64,000 nt of DNA. Origin: Phoronis australis (lineage: Eukaryota > Animalia > Phoronida). Shown here one piece after another: positions 12,601-24,600 of this stretch; the first letter of the stretch is position 1; each line of letters starts with the position of its first letter. The position numbers and the translations under genes are program-made. Location of the stretch: assembly GCA_002633005.1 (NCBI GenBank), contig NMRA01000638.1:8914-72913 (forward strand), read 5' to 3'. The notes beneath the pieces were generated by a model, which saw nothing but the letters and a program-made list of their open reading frames with translations, was not told the DNA's origin and ran no database searches.

Positions 12601-15600
12601 AAAACATATTAACATGACATTAATACAACATTGAAAATAAATACCCAACTTTTAGTAAAATGTGCAATAACCAAGCATAACATAAGACAAAGTCTATGGC
12701 ATAAAACACATAACTGCACAACAAAGAACGACAGCAGGGGATATTACAATATTTAAATACCATACGGCGTACAACCTACTTGAGAATGTTTGCCATGAGT
12801 GCATCCACTTAACAAAAAATATCGAACTATGTTCAGCAAACTCACAAATGAATAACAATGACAAAAATAAAAAACCTACAATCGCCACACAACTGAATGA
12901 GTTCATATTGATTCGAGTTTAGTCTATTCATTAGACATCATCAGGTTATCAACAATAAGACATCAAGTGTCATTGTTATGTCTATCCTAAGCTCAGTTTT
13001 TCTGGGCTTTCTCTGTAGTTTGAGAGTTTCGTACTGATCCAATACAAGAGAGGTATAGTCAATATTGCTTGTGAAATTTGTACTACCAATTTAACTTTTG
13101 ACAGTGACATAGCTACGATTTTCCAGTCATTGGGTGCCATTAGTTATCTTCTGAATTTCTTGAATAGCTGTAAAAGGCACTTCCTTTCAAAAATAACTGA
13201 GGCGGATAACTAAGCTGTTATTGAACCCCCAGAAAAAGGTTTTCATTTCTTTTCTCTTGATTACACTGGGCTTAGCAAGTTGAAACAGCAATTGTCTTGT
13301 ACATTGTATACCCCCAGCCCTTGAGTAAACTATCCCATATGCTATGTAAATTGAAGTCACTCATCCCTTTGTTAACTAAAAGTAATAATGTTGTTTATCA
13401 CCTTGTATGTGATAATTGCAATGACTTCAATATGGGACAAACACAGAGATGCCTCTGTGACAGATTGATAGAACATCACACCTCAGACAAAAGCAACATC
13501 TATGGGTATTGTGTCAGTAACAATCACCAAGCTAATTCTGTCAGTGTAATCTGTAAATAACCTATAAAAGAATTACCCTACATTAAAGAGTCATTGGCCA
13601 TTCAGGACCAGCATGCTGCTGGTTCCATAAATAACATGTAGAGTTCAATGACTCCATAGATACTCATTTTAACAATTCGGGCCTCTGTCAAATCGCGCGG
13701 CCTAACGCAAAAGTACGTGAGGAGGATTCAAAACTTTCGGTCTCATCGCTTTGTATAGTAACGAAGGTGAACTTTGATTTTTATGCATTTCGAGAAAATT
13801 TTTGAGTTTGAAACTAACTTGCTGTATTTTATGCAAACTAAATCGCGTATGCCAGCCATACAAGTCTGATTTTTGCTAACTTCACTTCATCTCACCATTT
13901 CCATTTAGGAATACTTCCAAAAAGGTAAACTCAGTCATTTTTCAAGAACCATGTTGACCTTTCCGGTGTTCAAACTGAACTTGAACTTTATTGGTCAAAT
14001 GTAAGCAGAACCAGTCAAAACTTCCCTAAATTAGAAAAAGTGACCCAAATTGATGAAATATTTTCATTAAAATAGTACAGAATATTTTTAAAATTCAATT
14101 TAACTTCATTTTTTGGGATATAGTCTAAAGCTACCATTCAAGGCTCTGTTCAAGTGTTTCTGATGAAATTTGTATTTTGATTTGCCCTAGGAGACAGGTA
14201 GGGCTATCTTGGCTCCAGCTATCCACTGCGAATGTTAGCAGGGTTTTTTGTTTTGTGACAAATTTGACTTACCTTCATGTAGTTAACTATAATGTCAAAT
14301 GACTCCTTTTGATGACTACTTTTCAAAAATGTCAGTGCTGCTGTTTAATTTTTAGTTTTTCATTGCAGAAGATTTATACTAATGTGGTGCTGTTCCAGGA
14401 TTTATGAATATTGATTTGGAGGAAAAGTTTTTGCCATTAGTAAATATATGCCATAATAAATTTAACTTATTGCATGCTCATGGTGGTGCTATTATTTCAA
14501 GCACCTATACACTATCACGTGCATTAGCAACGGTCCTCTTGGAAAGCAGGGCACACCATTGATGAAATTATCTTTACTAAACATTGGATTGCTTTAATGT
14601 GAAAATTTTATAAGTGCAATATTCTGATGCTCAATATATATAATTTTCTGTACGACTTCGCAATTAAGACGTATGTCAAGAGAAAAGTCTACAATATCAA
14701 CTAAGACTGCTTGAGAAACTCTATTTTAAAAAAATGGCATGCAAAGGGTGTTTTTGTATTCCTTTCTCAGAAATGTACACAACACTTTATGTAATGTTGA
14801 TGATTTTTCCTATTTGTTATTGTAAAAATCAATTCCACGGTATATTTGTGTTGCCAATTTTCACTTAACGATTGTAAAGTAAGGCAGGGGAATTTCAGAC
14901 CCCAGTTACTTACTCACAGGAACTGGGAAAATAAAAATGAAAGAAATGTTTATTTTGTGTGTGCTCTGCTATCTGATGACCACCCGTCATTACTGGAGAC
15001 TTTCCCTCTCATGTTCTCTGATTTCAAATTTTGTGGTATTTTGTTTCAGGTGGTGTGTTATTATATAACTGGTTTTCTTCTGCAGGCAAAAATATAACAC
15101 TTAAAACTGCATTCCTTCAATGCGTATAAAGTACAAAAACTTAATTGATAAAAAATGTACAACACAAGTTTACTTATGAACATCGAATACCTGTTGGCAT
15201 CACAAAACCCTAAAGAAAATAACAGTGCCAACTGGTCCTTCCAAATTCCGACTTCTTCAATTCAATAGCAGGTTATCACTCCACTCAATATTGGAACTGA
15301 TTCTATTGTGACAAGTGAATATTCAGGTTCAGTGCGATACTGGAAATTAGCTCAGTCGTTTGTCTAAAAAGCCTTAGAAGTGTCCTGGGGAAAGAGTTCA
15401 TTTTCACAAAATCAGGCAGAAGATACAACTCTTAGTTCCATATTACATTAGAGATATTCTATGTACCTGTGATATTTACAACCTATCCTTTTTATTTAGA
15501 GCATGTTCAGACACTAAAAGAGTGAAATGGACACTAGGTCTTAATGAGCATGCCTACCTTCATACTCATAAGTGTCACTGGTCAAGAAATCGTGGAGAAC

Positions 15601-18600
15601 ATGTCAATTCAGTTGATACGTAAAGCACGATGTGCTACGATTGAAAGTATTGGGGTCCCTTTTGATTGCATTCGAGAAGACTGTTTTGAATGAGCAGCAA
15701 ACAGGGTCATGCGCACTCGTTTGCGCGACATACTTGTTNTATGTCGAATCCATCCGAAAACGGCAGGATAGCGTCATCTCACTACTAGGTGCCTACATAC
15801 CAAATTTCATGAAAATCCGTTCAGGACTTTTGAAGATACAAAGGTAAGCGTAAAAAACTAAAATTGCCACTAGGGGGCACACCGGTAGTGGGATCCGTCC
15901 GAAAGTTCGCACATGCCGTCCCATTCATGAATGGAACACATGTGCCAAATTCCATGAACGTATGTCAAAGGGTTTTGGAGATAGAGCAGCGGACGCCGGA
16001 CGGACGCCGCCCGGACGGACGGACGGACAGAGATGACGGCATAATGCGTCCACATATAAATATGTGGGCGCATAAAAAATGTACAACACAAGTTTACTTG
16101 TGAACATCGAATACCTGTTGGCATCACAAAACCCTAAAGAAAATAACAGTGCCAACTGGTCCTTCCAAATTCCGACTTCTTCAATTCAATAGCAGGTTAT
16201 CACTCCACTCAATATTGGAACTGATTCTATTGTGACAAGTGAATATTCACGTTCAGTGCGATACTGGAAATTAGCTCAGTCGTTTGTCTAAAAAGCCTTA
16301 GAAGTGTCCTGGGGAAAGAGTTCATTTTCACAAAATCAGGCAGAAGATACAACTCTTAGTTCCATATTACATTAGAGATATTCTATGTACCTGTGATATT
16401 TACAACCTATCCTTTTTATTTAGAGCATGTTCAGACACTAAAAGAGTGAAATGGACACTAGGTCTTAATGAGCATGCCTACCTTCATACTCATAAGTGTC
16501 ACTGGTCAAGAAATCGTGGAGAACATGTCAATTCAGTTGATACGTAAAGCACGATGTGCTACGATTGAAAGTATTGGGGTCCCTTTTGATTGCATTCGAG
16601 AAGACTGTTTTGAATGAGCAGCAAACAGGGTCATGCGCACTCGTTTGCGCGACATACTTGTTACCCCCTCCATTTGTCCGTCTTCCCAGTATTTCACACC
16701 TGCTGTGTCCTACTGTATATTTTACTAGCTTTTGCTCTGTGGTGGTACAACTGCATCATTTTATTTCCACTTGAAAATGAAACATGCATGTTTCCAAATA
16801 TCGTTCGTCTTTTAATCATGTCTCCTGGTCAGTTTCTTTACCAATGTTCTGTTTAGTGTCAAACTTTGTTGCGAGGATACGAATGAAATGGAACAAAGAT
16901 TATTAACAGCAACAAGTGTTGTGTATTGAACCAATTTTGCATAATCATAACTATTTTTAGAAGTTGTATTTTTGGTATATTGTAATAGTGACAGGAAGTT
17001 TTTGGCACTCAGGTTTTGCAAATGATATGTCAATGTCAGTTAGCCTTTGGCCCTTCCTCCTGAAACAAAGCTGTGTGAATTACACAATATTTATTGTTAA
17101 TCACAGTTACAAATTCATTTTTGTGCGGTACTGAATTTAAACAAACACCAAATACTACTTGCATCAAAAATCAGCTGATGTGACTATAAGTGTTAACACA
17201 GGAAAATCAGTTGAAGACGTTTCTGGCGTTAATAACTCATAACAAGTCTGAATTATCTTGTGAATGCTTAAATGACATGGCAGAGAATAATATACACATT
17301 TTATTTTTGCAAGTCTTTAAAAACTTCAAAAAATTAAGCAATTCGACTATTTACTTAACCAAATCTTAAAACGAGAGCGCTCGGAAGAGCGACACTTGGC
17401 AGAATTAATCGAAAAGACGACAATGAGAGCGACGATGACAATCATGACGATCTAGGCGGCCATTATGAATAAAACGATAACATTCATGTGACTAGCGAAG
17501 AAATCAAATAGAGAGCATACAATCAACTACAATTAAGAACAATAGATGGCGCAACATGACGGTCCAGTCTACAGAAGAACAGTGCTGGCTGGGTCAGTCT
17601 GGGTCAACTAGGCATAACCAAAACCAAGCGAACTGAAAGCCAGCCAGCTGCGTGCTTGCATAGAGGACCGAAGGAACAATAGTATCCGAAAATCTCGAAT
17701 AATTCAAAAAGTAGACGTCGTAGCGCAAAATGGAAAATATCTTCTGAAAGCCCGTTCAAAACTCTATCTAAAATGGTAGTTTGGCAAACACGATAACATT
17801 CATGTGACTAGCGAAGAAATCAAATAGAGAGCATACAATCAACTACAATAAAGAACAATAGATGGCGCAACATGACGGACGAGCCATGCTTTACAGTAGG
17901 ACAGTGCTGGCTGGGTCAGTCTGGGTCAACTAGGCATAATCAAAACAAAGTGAACTGAAAGCCAGCCAGCTGCGTAATTGCATTGGTGACCGAAGGAACA
18001 ACGGTATCCGAAAATCTCGAATAATTCAAAAAGTAGACGTTGTAGCGCAAAATGGAAAATATCTTCTGAAAGCCAGTTCAAAATTCTATATAAAGTGATA
18101 GTTTGGCAAAAATCCAAAAAATTTTTGAGAAAATTGAAAATTTGCCGTTTTTTTTGAAATTCAAAGTCAAATAACTCGAAAACGGTAAGTCTGAGAAATA
18201 TGCTCTCCCATACTTTTTGAAAGGCCATACTTCAAGGAATCCACATGCAAAAATTCACGTCATTTACTCGTCCCGTTAAAAATGCGACACCAGAGCGATT
18301 GAAACCGTGTGAACATGCGCCACAGCCGCCATCTTGAAAGTGACTTCCGGTCCAATAATTTTTTATAAAAGCTTATTAAACTCAACAAACACGTGACCAG
18401 TTTGAAAGTGATTGGTTTGCAATTGCGCCCTCTACAGGAGAAAACGTTTTTAGCCATATTTCGGGGTGCCATGCGCCACGTCCAATATTTCCGCCATCTT
18501 TAACCGGAAGTCAACGATTTTCTGCACAATTGTAGCACATGCGTCCCAGTATATTCGTACCGATTTTCAGCCATGTAGGTCGAAAAATGCGGCCTCTACG

Positions 18601-21600
18601 AGTATTTGACTGTGAAATCGGATACAAAATGGTCGCCACGTCCGAAATTTTGTATCCGATCATGACCAAAAACAATAGGGTTCCAGTACTTCTGGATCTA
18701 CATGTTGTGTGAAAATTTTGTGAAAATCGGACTAAAATTGCGACCTGTAGAGAGCGAACAAACAAAAAAAAACTTGCTGTCAGACCAACATACTTGGCGG
18801 AAGAATTCCTCCAAGTAACGAGGGAACAGCCATTACGTAAAACCCTAAGTTTTCTATCCTGCCATCCTGCCAGCAGCCTGTGCAATGCCCTCCCATCATT
18901 AGTGGTTACGCCCCTTGGTCTGCAACATGCTCAACGTGCTCTAGCAGAAGTTGGCAGTCCCTATCTATAGTCTATGGTTACATTACAGCTCTGGTGATGA
19001 CTTGTTTACTATTTTCTGTCTTGCTGCCTCACTCATTTCACTTCACGGATGTAACTGGACTGATATATCGACACTTGATGTCTTATTGTTCATAACCTGA
19101 TAATGTCTAATGAGTAGACTAAACGTTGAATGAATATGAACAATTTTAATTTGTGCGGCGATTGTTCGTCATTTCATACTATTATGGCTAAAAACTGATG
19201 TATCATCCAAAATATATGGCATTTCCTCAACTAAATAATGGAAACTTTATATCTAGCCATTGTGGCTTCATTTTAATACTGTATGTTCAGGTAGAGGCTA
19301 CTGATATATACATGGAGAACTGAGACCAAGCAAGCCATCATAGTTGATATTATGAAGCTGAATCATAGCTAAGCCCAGGGTAAAGCTGTTAAAAGCACTG
19401 CCTAAATGTATTTGGGTTTACGTGAATCCAACCGGAGAGTAAATATAATGGAAAAGCAAGGGCAGCTGGTTAATTCTACTAGTTAAAAAGATTTTAACAT
19501 GGAAATTAAATTCAAAGCCAGGGTTAATGGAAATCACATCAACTTTAAAATACGCTAGATCTCAAGAAAAGAGAAAAAAGACAGAATGTCCAAGTATGTT
19601 AAGCAAATCCCTTGGTCTTCAAGTGAATAATGTTGCAACCAAATATTCCAATGTTTGACTCCTGAACATCAAATGTATAATGACATTATTCTCTAACTCA
19701 TAGCAATAACATCTAAAGCACATGTGAACCATTTTATGAACTAACAGCATAAAAAGCAATGTTGCTTAAAGGTAACCATGCCAACATTCTACTCAACTGA
19801 ATATTTTCCATAGTTTTGGTCTCAAATAAATGACCATATTACTGTAACTATTACAGCACTGTAGTCCTCTGTACTTTTGAAGTACAGTAATTAACACAGT
19901 ATGAATCACGCACAGGATAGCAAAACAAGGATTATTTCAGCTTACCTCTGCACGGGTCATTCTTAACTAGAAACTCATCCAGCGCACACCAACCACCGCC
20001 AACGCGCACCATGACGGTGCTACGAAGGATGCGAACAAGTCGCAACTTCTGTGACTCTCCAAACTGTGGAAAAACAAGAATATCACAAACATAATAACAA
20101 TACGCTCATTTTGCTATATGAAGAAGATTAAAGATTATGAATTTTTTGCTATTGTCCTGTTATTCCTCATAAGACATTACTGAGAACAACTGATGAAGGA
20201 GGCAGTGCGCATAGGGAGCTGGGGGGGGGGCCGCTGCGCCGCCCATGATCTATGGGTGGTGCACCAAAGGGGGGCTGGGGGGGCTACAGCCCCCATTTTT
20301 TCAGTGCTACAGTCCCCATTTTTTCAGTGCTGTGCCACCCATGGTGTAGCCTGGTGGAGTAAGTGAAAATACACTACTTCCTTTACTAAAGATCATTGGT
20401 CAGAGTCTCACTAGGCCACGCTGTTTGCTAGAACCCTGACTCAGGTCTCTAGCTCCTCAACTCGATTTTAACTATATATTAATAATTAAAACAAGAGCAA
20501 TGCAGAGCGTTCACATGTGCCCACGAATGCATCGCAAATGGTGTACTTTTAGGTTTGCTTATTTATGTCATAAAAATGGCCACTAGATGGCGCAAAAATG
20601 TATAGTCCATCCAAAAATGGGAACATGTCATTGCTACTTTAATGAAAAGCTATACACTAAATTTCATAGAAATTTGACACAGAACTTAAGAGAAACAAAC
20701 AAAAAGAGAATAAAATGAAATTGCCACTAGGAGGCACACTGTTATTGGATAAGCCTGAAAGTCGTCATTGTCTGTTGTTAGCTTCATATTAATACACTTA
20801 CTAATTAAATTTAATAAAGATACTGTAGTGGGTTTAGGAAATACAGCCATGGGCGCAAAACAAAACGAAACAAGATTACCACTAGGAGGCGCCACAGTAG
20901 TCAAAGTTGTCATTGTCAGCCGTCCTCTTCACACTCTTCGTCTGTTGTCATCATCATATAAATGCACTTACTAAATTTAATAAAGATCCTGCAAACGGTT
21001 TAGGAGATATAGTCATAGGGGCAAAAAACAAAACTGCTACAAGGAGGCGCCACAATCATAAAAGTCATCGTAAAATCATCATCAACCGTCCTCTTCACGG
21101 CTAGAACATACATGCCAATTTTCACAATCATGCTTTGAACGATTTGGTTGATAGAAAGGTGGAAGTTAAAAAACAGACCTGAAAACAGTAAAAAATGGCT
21201 GCTAGGCGGCGCAAACTATGTCAAATTCATCAGAAAACGGGAGGACACTAATAGATGCCTATATACCAAATTTTGTGAAAATACGTTGAGGACCTTTGAT
21301 ACAGAGATAAACGTAAAAAAATAAAATTGCCACTAGGTGGCACACTTGTACTCAGATCTATCCGAAAGTCGTCGTCCTCTGTTGTCATCATCATATAAAT
21401 GCACTTACTAAATTTAGTAAAGATCCTGCAAACGGTTTAGGAGATATATCCATAGGCGCTAAAAAAAACAAAACTGCAACTCTAGGAGGTGCCACAGTAG
21501 TCGAAGTCATGGTAAAATCATTGTCAACCGTCCTCTTCCTAGTAAAAACATACATGCCAATTTTCACAATCATGCTTAGACCCGTTTGGTTGATAGAAGG

Positions 21601-24600
21601 GTGGACACTTGAAAACGGCAAAAATGGCCACTAGGTGGTGCTACGTCGAATCCATCCAAAAACGGGAGGATATTGTCATTTCACTAATAGATGCCTATAT
21701 ACCAAATTTTGTGAAAATAAGTTGAGGATCTTTGAAGATACAGAGGTAAACGTAAAAAAACTAAAATTGCCACTAGGGGGCACACCGGTAGTCGAATCCG
21801 TCGCAAAGTTCGCTCATGCCGTCCCATCTATGAAAGAAACGCATGAGCAAAAATTTCATGAACATATGTCAATCGGTTTCGGAGACAGAGCAGCGGACGC
21901 CGGCCGGCCGGACAGATGACGGCATAATGCGTCCACATATAACAATGGTTCCAGGTGATCAGTGCAGTGGACAAACATGCGTGGCCTGCGAACGTCTGGT
22001 ACAACAAGTTGTAAAATGAGGGCCTTCTCATCCATCACAATCTATCATTGTATCACATCAGACAACTGAATTTTAACAACATCATGAAACTGGATTTTTT
22101 TCAAATGAGCATGACATATAAGATATGCCATGCATATTCTCAAAATGGTAAAAATTTGCCAACTTTTAATTACAGCTCAACTCGTCTATGCACTTCTGAA
22201 GGAACTGAATGCGGTTTAGTATAGTTTATTCTCTATCTATAATTCTATTACACAATCATGTACATTAGCACCTTCCGTACACTAAGGCCTAAATCAAAAT
22301 GAAACTACGTGATTGCCTTCGAGTAAAATGTGTATGACTCAAAATACTACACTTAATGGAACATTATTTTGTTGGTAAAAAATATTTTTGGAGCAGAAAA
22401 GAGTGCATTCTAACAATAATAAGAAGAAAATCTTTGCCATCTCAGAGGAGTCATCGATAAAAGATCAAGGAAAATAAATAATATTTAAAAAATGGCCTAA
22501 CATAAGCTGTTGGGTCTAAAGGGCTCATTTTACAACTTGTGCAGACTACGGTAAACGACTTAAGTATTCAGAAAAAATAACACAGAATTCCCTGTCATGA
22601 TGGCTGGGTGGAAGCCAAATTCATTCAGAGTAGTCTTCCCTCATGACTGAGAATGAAGAAGGATTAACCAAGAAGTTAGTAAGATGGCTAAGATAATCTA
22701 TCATCAGAATTTTGATATCATAATAGTTGTTTCCAATCATTTTTGCTGTTAACAGAATTATCTGCCATGACTGTGAATGGTGTTTTGTCAGATACTTCCA
22801 TCTTCTTTGTACTTTTAATGAAACAAAAACTTATGCATTTCACTCACCCTGTATTTGCCCTCTCCTATCTTGTGTATGCGGTACTGCTTATGACAGGTAC
22901 ACTTGGATACCTGTTTTTTCACCTCGTCCATGATCAACAAGTGATCCGGCTGATTCTTGGCAGGCTGGAAACACAAAGGTTGCAGTGTAACAGAATAATT
23001 GTAACTTGACATTTAAGGTCTAGAGGCCAGAGGAGAAGAGGTGGGTAGCAAAACGCTTACAAATATAGACAAAAAATGTCACTGATCCGAGTATTCAAGC
23101 ATGACTCACCTGTCATCCATTGCAAAACAATTGCCACACAAACGAGAAACAAATAGCTTTTTGATAATTAAAATATCATTTTGAATCACAGAAATTATCA
23201 ATGATTTTAAACTAAGACTTAAGTAACAACCAGCAAGCATTCTTGACATGGCAACATTTTGCTGCAGCACTTTATTGACAACATGAGCAAGATAATTCAA
23301 TAAAATGTAATTGATCATGATTGTAGATTGGGAATTTCATTTATCAACATTAAAGTGACAACCTTTCCATCGCACCACTTTCAATGGTTTTAGTGTATTG
23401 GTGACTAAGAGAAGAGCAATAAATTAACATTGAAATCACCAATCCCATGGACAGGAATGCACAACAGAGTGCACAAACTCTCTCCCCCCCATCTCTCTCT
23501 CCCCCATCTCTCTCTCCCCTATCTGTCTCCCTCTCCCCCCCCTACNNNNNNNNNNNNNNNNNNNNNNNNNNNNNNNNNNNNNNNNNNNNNNNNNNNNNNN
23601 NNNNNNNNNNNNNNNNNNNNNNNNNNNNNNNNNNNNNNNNNNNNNNNNNNNNNNNNNNNNNNNNNNNNNNNNNNNNNNNNNNNNNNNNNNNNNNNNNNNN
23701 NNNNNNNNNNNNNNNNNNNNNNNNNNNNNNNNNNNNNNNNNNNNNNNNNNNNNNNNNNNNNNNNNNNNNNNNNNNNNNNNNNNNNNNNNNNNNNNNNNNN
23801 NNNNNNNNNNNNNNNNNNNNNNNNNNNNNNNNNNNNNNNNNNNNNNNNNNNNNNNNNNNNNNNNNNNNNNNNNNNNNNNNNNNNNNNNNNNNNNNNNNNN
23901 NNNNNNNNNNNNNNNNNNNNNNNNNNNNNNNNNNNNNNNNNNNNNNNNNNNNNNNNNNNNNNNNNNNNNNNNNNNNNNNNNNNNNNNNNNNNNNNNNNNN
24001 NNNNNNNNNNNNNNNNNNNNNNNNNNNNNNNNNNNNNNNNNNNNNNNNNNNNNNNNNNNNNNNNNNNNNNNNNNNNNNNNNNNNNNNNNNNNNNNNNNNN
24101 NNNNNNNNNNNNNNNNNNNNNNNNNNNNNNNNNNNNNNNNNNNNNNNNNNNNNNNNNNNNNNNNNNNNNNNNNNNNNNNNNNNNNNNNNNNNNNNNNNNN
24201 NNNNNNNNNNNNNNNNNNNNNNNNNNNNNNNNNNNNNNNNNNNNNNNNNNNNNNNNNNNNNNNNNNNNNNNNNNNNNNNNNNNNNNNNNNNNNNNNNNNN
24301 NNNNNNNNNNNNNNNNNNNNNNNNNNNNNNNNNNNNNNNNNNNNNNNNNNNNNNNNNNNNNNNNNNNNNNNNNNNNNNNNNNNNNNNNNNNNNNNNNNNN
24401 NNNNNNNNNNNNNATAAAAAAGCACCATGATCAAGATGTGATGGATACTAACTGGTTGACAAGATGCCTGCAATGAACTCTTCCCTCGTCACCTTCCCGT
24501 CATGGTCTTTGTCGATGCGGCGAAAGAAATCCATGACACGTGACTTGTTCTGGTTGTGGTGTTGCATGTAACGGTTGCGCCATTCTTCAAAGTCAAAGTA

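Noticed and set aside
19420-19590. Pyrimidine tract and open frame on the minus strand just downstream of the GAR exon
   Set aside because: GAG acceptor, intron-like composition and no recognisable peptide; not supportable without RNA data.
20204-20345. G-rich stretch as a functional G-quadruplex or regulatory element
   Set aside because: It resembles the G-run subterminal motifs of decayed MITEs, as at 4555-4600 and 28250-28285, and nothing indicates function.
20489-21941. Regularly spaced gccactag motifs resembling a CRISPR array
   Set aside because: The intervening sequences are homologous to each other and about 130 bp long, there are no cas genes, and the context is a eukaryotic intron. 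This is a HINE internal satellite.
23430-24476. Long ORFs of 327-348 aa in the ORF track
   Set aside because: They are artefacts of translating N runs; the same applies to 31281-31478 and 39023-39571.
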